64,000 nucleotides of DNA, from the IMG/VR virus record IMGVR_UViG_3300013383_000026, positions 1 through 64,000 of that record; one strand, 5' to 3'. The notes under the pieces were generated by a model, which ran no database searches, was not told where the DNA came from, and saw nothing but the letters and a program-made list of their open reading frames with translations. Below are positions 27,698 through 36,151 of this stretch, piece by piece (the stretch's first letter is position 1; each line of letters starts with the position of its first letter). The position numbers were made by a program, and so were the translations under genes. This stretch comes from a virus. Taxonomy: Duplodnaviria; Caudoviricetes.

Positions 27698-29620
27698 ATG
27701 GATATAACACTAAAGCTTACTAAGGATTTTGAACGTTGTCTTGATGACCTGAAGAAAAAGTATGGTGAGGAGTTTGAATATATTAATGGTATTCATCCCA
27801 GCCAGCTTGATTTTAGTGAATTTCTCGATAAATTTGTCGATAAAGACACTATGGCCGATGCAACCATAGACCCTAACGCCAATGCAAGACATAAAGACAT
27901 TCGTTCATTTATGACCGAAAAGGGCAAGAGTGAAGATAAGCTCTTTGGGCTTAATAAAATATTCCTTGAGATTAAAAAGCGTTGGGGGCTGAGAACGGCT
28001 AAACAGTGGCTTGAACAAGAGTTTAGTAAGGGTTTTTATTTGAATGATTCGGCTACGGCTAGTTATTTTCCTTATTGCTGGGCTAATGATTTTACTCGAC
28101 TGGCTACCGAAGGTCTGTTCTTTATCGAGGGTTATAATAATCAGCCTCCTAAACATCTTACGACATACTTTGACGATGTAATAGAGTTTGTATCTTTCCT
28201 CTCGAATCGGCAGTCAGGCGCGGTCGGTATGCCTAATGTTCTTATTTGGGCATATTATTTTTGGAAGAATGATGTAGCTAATGGATATTATCTAAAAGAC
28301 CCCGACACATATCTTAGACAGAATTTCCAGAAACTTGTATATCGTCTCAATCAGCCGTTTCTTAGAATAGACCAGTGCGCCTTTACAAATGTAAGCATAT
28401 TTGACCGACCTTATCTCGAATCTCTATTTGGCGGCGTTGTATTTCCCGATGGCTCATGCGCTATTGACCAGATAGAAGAACTGATAAAGTGTCAGCAGAC
28501 ATTTATGGAGGTAGTAAGTGAAATTCGAGACGAACAAATGTTCACTTTTCCGGTTTTGACCTACTCTCTGCTTTATCAGGACGGAAAGTTTATTGACGAG
28601 CCGTTTGCAAAATGGTGCTCAACTCATAATATTAAATGGTCTGATAGTAACTTTTTTGTAAGTGATAATGTGGGTGTATTGAGTAACTGTTGTAGACTGT
28701 TGTCTGATACTAAGAAGCTCGATGCGTTTATCAATAGTATCGGTGGCACGGCTCTTTCAGTTGGTTCTTGCCGAGTAAGCACAATAAATCTTGTTCGCAT
28801 AGCTTATGAGAGTGAGTTTGATAAAAAGAAATACCTCAAAATACTTAAAGATAGAGTGCTGCTTGATTGTAAGGCGCTCACATCTATGCGACATATTATT
28901 GAGCGAAATATAGAAAAGGGACTGCTTCCCAACTATCAGGACGGCGCTGTCGAGCTTGACAAGCAGTTTTGTACTATCGGTGGCATCGGTATGTATGAAG
29001 TAATGGATTTATTTAGTTTTATTTATACAGATGAGTTTGGAAATAAGTCTTATTCGGATGAAGCCGTTGATTTCGCTACGCAGATACTTGATACAATCAA
29101 TACTGTTAAAGATAATTTCGAGTGCGATTTCAGCTTTAATGTAGAGATGATCCCCGCAGAGAATTGTGCCGGTGTTATTTGTACTGCTGATAATCTGCTA
29201 TTTGAACAGGATAAATATTTTATTTATTCTAATCAGTGGGTTCCACTTACTGAGAAATGCACAATTCAGGAAAAATGCCGTCTTGGGCATCTGTTTGATG
29301 CTAAATGTGGTGGTGGCTGTATAGCTCACATCGACATTGAGAATAGGTTCCCCAATGAAGAAATGGCGTGGAATATGCTTAATTATGTTGCATCTCAAGG
29401 CGTTATTTATTTTGCTTTTACAACTAAGATAAATGTATGTGAAGATAAACATGCTTTTATTGGCGCACAGAATTGTCCTCAGTGTGGTAAGCCTGTGAAT
29501 GACTATTACTCACGCGTAGTCGGCTTTTATACCCCAGTTTCAGGTTATCAGGCAATTCGTAAGAAAGAATTTAATAAGCGCCAGTGGTATAACGTACTTG
29601 ACAAAGATGGTATCATGTGA
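27698..29620 (+). CDS. nrdD: Anaerobic ribonucleoside-triphosphate reductase (class III)
   Basis: SNCCRL, IPAEN, CPQC, glycyl-radical motif YSRVVGFY. Confidence 0.92.
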   Translation: MDITLKLTKDFERCLDDLKKKYGEEFEYINGIHPSQLDFSEFLDKFVDKDTMADATIDPNANARHKDIRSFMTEKGKSEDKLFGLNKIFLEIKKRWGLRTAKQWLEQEFSKGFYLNDSATASYFPYCWANDFTRLATEGLFFIEGYNNQPPKHLTTYFDDVIEFVSFLSNRQSGAVGMPNVLIWAYYFWKNDVANGYYLKDPDTYLRQNFQKLVYRLNQPFLRIDQCAFTNVSIFDRPYLESLFGGVVFPDGSCAIDQIEELIKCQQTFMEVVSEIRDEQMFTFPVLTYSLLYQDGKFIDEPFAKWCSTHNIKWSDSNFFVSDNVGVLSNCCRLLSDTKKLDAFINSIGGTALSVGSCRVSTINLVRIAYESEFDKKKYLKILKDRVLLDCKALTSMRHIIERNIEKGLLPNYQDGAVELDKQFCTIGGIGMYEVMDLFSFIYTDEFGNKSYSDEAVDFATQILDTINTVKDNFECDFSFNVEMIPAENCAGVICTADNLLFEQDKYFIYSNQWVPLTEKCTIQEKCRLGHLFDAKCGGGCIAHIDIENRFPNEEMAWNMLNYVASQGVIYFAFTTKINVCEDKHAFIGAQNCPQCGKPVNDYYSRVVGFYTPVSGYQAIRKKEFNKRQWYNVLDKDGIM

Positions 29621-30104
29621 TAAAATAAGGTTAAAGGATATAGTGATGGAGGACTTTGTTAACTACAAAGTCCCCTCTATGTTCCTTATAACGTCAATAT
29701 GTGATTGGAAATGTTGTAAAGAAGCTAATATAGATATATCTATATGTCAAAATCAATCGTTGGTTAAACAACCAACTAAGACATATTCATATGAATCTAT
29801 ATATCAAGCTTATATAAATAATCCAATCACAAAAGCAATAGTAATAGGTGGCTTAGAACCATTCGACCAATTTGAAGAAATATTTCAACTAATTCTTTAT
29901 TTTAGAGCTAAAGGCTGCGACGATATGTTTGTTATATATACTGGGTATGATAAGCACGAATTATCTGAGCTATATATGCTAAGGATGCCGAAAAATATTA
30001 CTGTCAAATTTGGCCGATTTAAGCCGAATAATAAACCGCATTTTAATTCTGTATTAGGCGTTAATCTAATAAGTGATAACCAATATGCAGAGGTGATAAG
30101 TTGA
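29607..30104 (+). CDS. nrdG: Anaerobic RNR activating protein (radical SAM-like)
   Basis: C.WKCC, GGLEP, YTGY, KFGRF, SDNQ; directly after nrdD. Confidence 0.8.
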   Translation: MVSCDKIRLKDIVMEDFVNYKVPSMFLITSICDWKCCKEANIDISICQNQSLVKQPTKTYSYESIYQAYINNPITKAIVIGGLEPFDQFEEIFQLILYFRAKGCDDMFVIYTGYDKHELSELYMLRMPKNITVKFGRFKPNNKPHFNSVLGVNLISDNQYAEVIS

Positions 30105-30286
30105 GAATAGAAGTAACAAGCGACGAAAATAAAAAGCAAGAAATAAGGGCAGCATTAAAGGCTAATGACAATTATTGCCCATGCAGACTTAAGCATATAC
30201 CAGAAAATAAATGTATGTGCAAAGAGTTTAGAGAGCAAAAATCTGGATGGTGTCATTGCGGACTTTATTGCAAATATAAGGAGTGA
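30101..30286 (+). CDS. Ferredoxin-thioredoxin reductase beta-chain-like Fe-S protein
   Basis: YCPC...CMC...CHCGLY. Confidence 0.75.
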   Translation: MRIEVTSDENKKQEIRAALKANDNYCPCRLKHIPENKCMCKEFREQKSGWCHCGLYCKYKE

Positions 30287-30290
30287 TATA

Positions 30291-30515
30291 TTGATAAGAA
30301 TATTTGAAGGTGAACTTGGTCGAGAAAAGCATCTTATGGATATTGATGAGAATGAATTCAAAGTATATCCAAATAAAGGTGAACTTATAGCCCTTGAAAG
30401 TAATGAAGAAAATGACGATTATACAGTATGGGAAGTAATTAATATGCTTCATGACTATACTATTAACGAAATGAATATATTTGTTAAAAGATATATTTGG
30501 CCAGATGAGAGGTAG
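30291..30515 (+). CDS. Hypothetical protein
   Basis: RBS AAGGAG; TTG 30291. Confidence 0.55.
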   Translation: MIRIFEGELGREKHLMDIDENEFKVYPNKGELIALESNEENDDYTVWEVINMLHDYTINEMNIFVKRYIWPDER

Positions 30516-30521
30516 AATTTA

Positions 30522-31688
30522 TTGATTAAAGTTGAAAATATAGAAACATTTGGTTGGGAAGCGGCTCTTCGCGGTATGCGAAACCCTAAGCAGAGTCATG
30601 CTAAATCGGACAGTTATAACACCGAAAGTAACGGCTATTATGTCGGCGAAAATGATATGAAACTTGCGTCAGCTCTTGTTAAAGCTGGAACAGAACACAG
30701 AAAGTTTACTCGAATGATTCACATCCAGATGGATATAACAGCACCTATGTTTTGGTGGAAAGAAATGGACCAGTATCGAGTGGCAACGACTACAAATGGA
30801 TGTTCTACTATGCACAAATTATTAGATAAGCCATTTGTAGTAGAGGACTTTACTTTCGATAGTTTACCGGGATATAAAAGGGAAATCAAGCAATTTAGGC
30901 CTGAAGTTGATGAACAGGAAGAAATTTGGGCTGAAATTCAAAATTCTTATAAAATAAGTAATTGCGGACGTGTTAAAAATAAATATGGGCGCGTTTTAGG
31001 AGGTAGCCTACATAAAGATGGGTATATTTTTATTACTTTGAACGGCAAACAAATCCCCCTACATCGGCTGGTAGCCACGGCATTTATTCCAAACCCTGAA
31101 AATAAACCGGAAATAAACCATAAAGATGGGAATAAGCAAAATAATTTTGTGGATAATCTTGAATGGTGTACACGTTCCGAAAACCAGACACATGCAGTGG
31201 AAAATAATCTGCAACCAAAACCCGTTAATACTTATAAGGGGAAATTTTCTTTAGAACAAAGAGAAGAGATTAAGCGTCTATGGAACGAAGGAGTGTCTGA
31301 GCGCCAAATTGCGAAACAATTCAATGTATCACATTCTACAATTTGTTCTATTATAAACGATAAATATAAATATGCCGACCAAGTAAACATTTATCAAGAA
31401 GTTGCAATACCTTTGGTAGATACTTTGAATGAGCTAAGAGACGCTTACTTTATGTGCGAAACGGAAGAGGGGAAAAAGAAAATCTGGTATTCCATTATTG
31501 AATTGCTCCCATCCTCTTACAACCAGAAGCGTACATGGGACGGTTCGTTTGAAACAATACTTAATATTATGCATCAGAGAGATGGGCATAAGCTCAAAGA
31601 GGAGTGGGAGCCGTTTAGACGGGCTTGCTTTGATAATATCCCTTATCTTGAAGAATTTTATAATATAGCTTATAAGAAAGGAGAATAA
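30522..31688 (+). CDS. thyX: FAD-dependent thymidylate synthase-like protein with in-frame NUMOD4/HNH endonuclease insertion
   Basis: GMRNP, HRKF.R, WWKEMDQYR, CSTMH ... LPSSYNQKRT, QR.GHKL.EW; insert at about aa 114-290 contains ISNCGRV, HRLVA.AFIPNP, INHKDGNKQNN..NLEW and an HTH. Confidence 0.8.
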   Translation: MIKVENIETFGWEAALRGMRNPKQSHAKSDSYNTESNGYYVGENDMKLASALVKAGTEHRKFTRMIHIQMDITAPMFWWKEMDQYRVATTTNGCSTMHKLLDKPFVVEDFTFDSLPGYKREIKQFRPEVDEQEEIWAEIQNSYKISNCGRVKNKYGRVLGGSLHKDGYIFITLNGKQIPLHRLVATAFIPNPENKPEINHKDGNKQNNFVDNLEWCTRSENQTHAVENNLQPKPVNTYKGKFSLEQREEIKRLWNEGVSERQIAKQFNVSHSTICSIINDKYKYADQVNIYQEVAIPLVDTLNELRDAYFMCETEEGKKKIWYSIIELLPSSYNQKRTWDGSFETILNIMHQRDGHKLKEEWEPFRRACFDNIPYLEEFYNIAYKKGE

Positions 31689-31692
31689 TAAA

Positions 31693-32049
31693 ATGCACTT
31701 TAACGGATATGACCCCTTTACAACATCTCTTGATGCTACAGTTACAACATCTCTTGATGCTACAGTATATATCACCCCAGGAATACTTAAAAGAATACTC
31801 GGCGATACTCCTATAATGTTTTATCCTAAAGACAACCCCGTGCTTGGTATATCGATAAAAGACGTTAGATTCTCGCCTCCTGCAACAATAGTATTTTGGT
31901 CAGATAATACCAAAACAGTCGTAAAAGCTCAGAATGGTGAACCGTTCGATGCTGAAAAGGGACTTATGGCTTGTATTGTTAAGCGTATAACTGGCAATAC
32001 TGGTCGATATAATGAGCTGTTCAAGAAATATATCAAGGAGGATAAGTAA
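31693..32049 (+). CDS. Hypothetical protein (PATIVFW.D.TKTVVK...FDAEKG family)
   Basis: Recurring phage protein motif; contains an in-frame 24-nt tandem duplication (31718-31765). Confidence 0.75.
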   Translation: MHFNGYDPFTTSLDATVTTSLDATVYITPGILKRILGDTPIMFYPKDNPVLGISIKDVRFSPPATIVFWSDNTKTVVKAQNGEPFDAEKGLMACIVKRITGNTGRYNELFKKYIKEDK

Positions 32050-32306
32050 TGGTTAAGAAGCTTGATACGCCTATCATTGCCGATGCAAGCACAATAGATG
32101 TTGACGTTAATCAGTTTAAGTCATGGGGTAGAGAAACATGGTATAATACATTCGTTGTAATGTTTCTTAAAATGAATAATAAAGAAATAGCCGATTGTGC
32201 CGATAACATTGTCGAAGCCGTTTGTGATGCAATGGATATTTCTACTATTAAACATTATTATGAAGATAATGACAGAACACTTGAATCTGAGGCAATCAAT
32301 GATTGA
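32049..32306 (+). CDS. Hypothetical protein
   Basis: RBS AAGGAGG; coupled. Confidence 0.6.
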   Translation: MVKKLDTPIIADASTIDVDVNQFKSWGRETWYNTFVVMFLKMNNKEIADCADNIVEAVCDAMDISTIKHYYEDNDRTLESEAIND

Positions 32307-32775
32307 TATAAAAATAAAACGTCTTACTGATACGGCTACCATTCCGACCAAAGCTCATTTTAGCGATGGGTGCTTTGATATTTATGCCGATTGTCCTAAC
32401 GATATGTTTTATGATTGGGATAAACGAGAAGATGTAAATGGTATAAGAATCGAACCGGGCTTTGCAAAAACTATTGGCACAGGGTTTGCTACTAATATTC
32501 CCAATGGTTATTTTGCCGCCGTATTTCCCCGTAGTGGCATGGGCATCAAGCGTCATTTGCGCCTATCAAATAGTACGGGAATAATAGACTCTAATTATAC
32601 TGGCGAATGGTTAATATCTATATATAATGACGGCAATGAAACACAAGTTATAAAGCATGGCGATAGAATAGCTCAATTCGCAATTTTACCTGTTCTCGAT
32701 GTTAATCTTAATGAAGTCAATGAACTTGACGAAACAGATAGAGGAGCTAACGGTTTTGGCTCAAGCGGCTCATAA
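32299..32775 (+). CDS. dut: dUTPase (trimeric)
   Basis: FDIYA, PRSG, GIIDSNYTGE, GDRIAQ, RGANGFGSSG; start reassigned to ATG 32299. Confidence 0.93.
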   Translation: MIDIKIKRLTDTATIPTKAHFSDGCFDIYADCPNDMFYDWDKREDVNGIRIEPGFAKTIGTGFATNIPNGYFAAVFPRSGMGIKRHLRLSNSTGIIDSNYTGEWLISIYNDGNETQVIKHGDRIAQFAILPVLDVNLNEVNELDETDRGANGFGSSGS

Positions 32776-32886
32776 ATAATCAATAAAAATAAGTCTAATT
32801 TTAATCCTATTGCTCAACTAATATAAATTATCATCTTATTAAATTACAAGCGTTTTTAGCATTAAAATTATACTAAATAAATAAAG

Positions 32887-32936
32887 AAAAAAAATAGGGA
32901 ACATATACATCAATTAAGATAATATATGTTCCCTAT
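32887..32936 (-). terminator. Terminator between the converging replication and virion arms
   Basis: ATAGGGAACATAT / ATATGTTCCCTAT with an A-run on its left side. Confidence 0.7.
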
Positions 32937-32941
32937 AATTA

Positions 32942-33430
32942 TTATGATTTTATTTTATACCAAAAATCGCCAGTAGATAATCCAGTCGGTTGTGCTGATT
33001 GCAACACAGCTTTAAGAGTTGAAACCGTAATTGCACCCGTTTGCCCATTTACACTCGTAACAGGATAAGGAGGTGGGTTAGAAGAGCTATATTGTTTAAC
33101 GTTTTCTACGTTTCCCAATCCAACGTCAGACTTGCCGACTGTTACGTTAGCTGATAATGCATAGCCATTTACCGTTCGAGAAGTAGGCACCGCTCCAATA
33201 TCACTTGCTGCAAGTGTCACTACACCCACTTTGCCATTAACTGATTGAACAGGGGCTCGAGCGACAGTAATGTAATCACTATCGTTCTTTAATTGGCTAG
33301 TTTTAGTAGGTATAGAATTTTTTATGGATTCATCGCTAAATGGCAACTGAGAATACTTCTTTATTCCATCACCAACTTTGTACCTAACCTCGCCAGCGTC
33401 AGTATCTACTATAACAATTTCGCCATCAAA
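32942..33430 (-). pseudogene. Tail-fibre-like gene lacking its 5' end (ORF track 32942-33346)
   Basis: The frame extends upstream as FDGEIVIVDTDAGEVRYKVGDG (Mtd/hyaluronidase N-terminal-like) with no start or RBS and overlaps the end of the upstream gene; V.SVNG.TG repeats. Confidence 0.5.
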
Positions 33431-34194
33431 GATATAGAACCGCCACCATAATAAACCAAGCCACTCCAGGCAGTTTGTCCATCGCCTATTTTGAAGCGCC
33501 CTTTATTTTGCCCGTCAGTAGTTAATCCTAATTCGCCCAACATCAATAATGGGTCGTTAGCCGTCCAATTTTCTTCGGTGTCAGACCTCATTTGCATATG
33601 AGCCGTCAATATGTCAGAGTGAATTCCTGTTGCAAAATCTGTACTATCTCCACCATTAATTGAGTCAATATCAATATTCGCCTTATAAGTGGGAATGGCT
33701 ATATCGCTCAATTCGTATTCATGCTTAGATGGATTATATATCATCCAAACCCCACTACTATCAGGATAGGGCGGATGATTATTTATTTCAGATATATTGT
33801 TTTCTATCTGATAAAATTCACTAGGCACAGGGTCGTATGCAGCGCCGGGGTCAATGCTATATTTAACCCAACCATTAAATTGCTCACTATGATATACTCT
33901 ACCATCAGAATTAATACCTCTTAATTGAAGTATATATTTTCCACTAAACGGCAACATACCAGCCGTTAATGTAACAGAACAAACGTTGCCAGTTCGAGTT
34001 AAATCAACAACATTATATAATGTTTCGCCTGAACATAATTTTTGACTATATCGTACATCTAATTTATATTTCCACGATTCGTCAGTGTCTACGGTGACAC
34101 TAATAACATCTACGCCGTTATTTTTTTCAAACGCAAATGTATTGATGTTTTGTGTAACCTTAGTTCCAATAAGTGTTACATTCACCTCGACCAA
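33409..34194 (-). CDS. Tail/baseplate-associated protein (BppU-N-like plus Mtd-N-like domain)
   Basis: RSDTEENW..NDP.L.LGELG......RFKIGDG...W..L motif. Confidence 0.65.
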   Translation of the reverse strand: MVEVNVTLIGTKVTQNINTFAFEKNNGVDVISVTVDTDESWKYKLDVRYSQKLCSGETLYNVVDLTRTGNVCSVTLTAGMLPFSGKYILQLRGINSDGRVYHSEQFNGWVKYSIDPGAAYDPVPSEFYQIENNISEINNHPPYPDSSGVWMIYNPSKHEYELSDIAIPTYKANIDIDSINGGDSTDFATGIHSDILTAHMQMRSDTEENWTANDPLLMLGELGLTTDGQNKGRFKIGDGQTAWSGLVYYGGGSISLMAKLL

Positions 34195-34224
34195 CTCCTT
34201 TGTGTTTAGATTTTATTATTTAAT

Positions 34225-34749
34225 TTAATCACCAGCTGTTTCCTCAAGCTCAATGGTAATGGTCTGATCTCCATTATTAGTGACGGTCTGGGTCTTAGTA
34301 GCATAGCCCTCTTTGCTTACTTCAACAGTATAAGTATCACCAAGTCCACTAAGTAAGAAAGTATTAACCGTACCAGCAATAGGGCTAATTTCCTCACTAC
34401 TAACATCAATTACTTTAATAGCCGCGCCAACAGGAGTAACATTAACAGTAAGAATAAAACCGTCCTGAAGAGAAACAACCCCCTTAGCCAGCTTAAAGAA
34501 ACGACCATCAAGACCAATACCGCAATTGCCCTTAATCTTCACGGGTGTACCAACTTCATCTCCCTCAGAATTATGTAAGGTTATAACCTTATCAGAGACA
34601 GCAAATAAAGCGCCATCCCAAAGCTGTCCGCAAACAGAAACAGCCTTACTAGCATCGACAGCACTTGCTTCAGCATCACAAATAATACCATCAATTATCT
34701 TCATGGTAGAATCTATTTTTATGCCGCCGCAATATCTAGCTTTAGCCAT
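34225..34749 (-). CDS. Virion-associated protein with C-terminal Ig/PEGA-like domain
   Basis: YTVEVSKEGY.T..Q.V motif. Confidence 0.6.
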   Translation of the reverse strand: MAKARYCGGIKIDSTMKIIDGIICDAEASAVDASKAVSVCGQLWDGALFAVSDKVITLHNSEGDEVGTPVKIKGNCGIGLDGRFFKLAKGVVSLQDGFILTVNVTPVGAAIKVIDVSSEEISPIAGTVNTFLLSGLGDTYTVEVSKEGYATKTQTVTNNGDQTITIELEETAGD

Positions 34750-34765
34750 ATTATATCATCCTTTC

Positions 34766-35896
34766 TTATAATGAAATAACATACACATCAAGTGCACTTG
34801 TCGTAGAAAGATTATTTATATAAATGCTATTACTTACAGCACCTTTAGACACAGTCCAACTAGACAAAGTACAAACATGAGATACTTTGAATTTATCACC
34901 TGAAATATTAATAACAGCTACACCGCTATGCCCATCATCGCAAGTCACAAGCATATACACACCATCGTTAAGAGTATAAGTATGTCCAGTATTTGCATCG
35001 AAACTAAGCACCTTTTGAGAAACCGGCTCATCTCTCATTTCTTGAGTAAGATATGCTAAATTAACGGCGTGATTAGGCGCAGTGGGAGTACCAACATTAA
35101 TGGGTTTATAAACCGATTGACTATCAGTTGCTACAATAGCAGCTTCATTATTAGTCGTTGAAGTAATTCTTACGCCGCTAGTACCCGTTGGGTGAATAAC
35201 GTTCCCAAGATATAACGGATATTCCCCATCAATTCTAAGCTCTTGAACATCAGTAATATTATTATTGGCCATGCTTAAATTACCATCAATAGTACCGCCA
35301 GATACTTTAAGATATTCGCCTACCTGGTCATTATCAGTCCATTCATCGGCGTTGGCCGTATGGAAATAATTTATAGCACGAGTAGATACTAGTGAACCGT
35401 TAGTAGTAACTTGAGTATAACCGAAAGTAAAGCCACCCTCACTACCACCATTAGCAAATTGAGCGTTCATAAGCGGCAATCTAGCATTATCATACGAGAC
35501 AGCTATATTCTCTTTAGCGTCATATGCGGTTTTAACCTCAACAAAAGTTTTATCAGCCGTATATTCGCCTTCTTGTCCAGCAATAGGTGTTAATGTTATA
35601 ATAAAATCAGCCGATGCAAATTCCTGCCAATGCGTAACATCACCATCGTTGCTAAGAAAATGTCCAGCCGTCTCACTAGTAATCGGAGGCAATCCAGTAT
35701 CAATAACTGTAGTATCTTCAGGTTGTTCTATCCATTCATTACTCGCAGCATTATATTTATATATCTTGCCAGTATCTATCTCATAAAATTCATCAGAATT
35801 ATAGGCATCTATAATTAACTTATCGTCAGTACTTAATCCAGTATATTCACTATATCTTTTAGCCTCATAATATGCAGGTCTTTCAAGCGTTATCAA
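34766..35896 (-). CDS. Tail fibre-like protein
   Basis: YLKVSGGTIDGNLSM, VGTPT....AVNL.Y motifs; position in the tail module. Confidence 0.6.
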   Translation of the reverse strand: MITLERPAYYEAKRYSEYTGLSTDDKLIIDAYNSDEFYEIDTGKIYKYNAASNEWIEQPEDTTVIDTGLPPITSETAGHFLSNDGDVTHWQEFASADFIITLTPIAGQEGEYTADKTFVEVKTAYDAKENIAVSYDNARLPLMNAQFANGGSEGGFTFGYTQVTTNGSLVSTRAINYFHTANADEWTDNDQVGEYLKVSGGTIDGNLSMANNNITDVQELRIDGEYPLYLGNVIHPTGTSGVRITSTTNNEAAIVATDSQSVYKPINVGTPTAPNHAVNLAYLTQEMRDEPVSQKVLSFDANTGHTYTLNDGVYMLVTCDDGHSGVAVINISGDKFKVSHVCTLSSWTVSKGAVSNSIYINNLSTTSALDVYVISL

Positions 35897-36079
35897 TCAT
35901 CTCACCTTGCCTTCATACCAACGATTATTTTCAGTATCATAGCGATAAATGCGCCCCGTATCTATCTCTTTATATACTGCGCCATTCTCTACATTAGCCG
36001 GTTTAGTATCAATTGACCTGCCAGAAAACGTCGGGGCTTTAGATATATTGCTATATGCTGCGCGATATTGAGTAATCAT
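35897..36079 (-). CDS. Small protein paralogous to the N-terminus of 34766-35896
   Basis: G.S.D.K......EIDTG.IY.Y....N.W.E shared between the two. Confidence 0.65.
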   Translation of the reverse strand: MITQYRAAYSNISKAPTFSGRSIDTKPANVENGAVYKEIDTGRIYRYDTENNRWYEGKVR

Positions 36080-36099
36080 ATTATCACTCCAATTTAATT

Positions 36100-36138
36100 A
36101 AAAAATAAAGAGAGCTAATAAAATTTACTAGCTCTCTT
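36100..36138 (-). terminator. Terminator after the endolysin
   Basis: AAGAGAGCTA / TAGCTCTCTT with an A-run. Confidence 0.65.
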
Positions 36139-36151
36139 AGCATATGTGTGT

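Noticed and set aside
7763-29620. Inteins or introns in DnaE, DnaB, RecD-like helicase or NrdD
   Set aside because: Lengths look ordinary, the ORFs are uninterrupted, and no intein splice motifs or intron cores were seen.
30861-31391. Intein in ThyX
   Set aside because: No C-terminal His-Asn followed by Cys/Ser/Thr and no recognisable Hint blocks.
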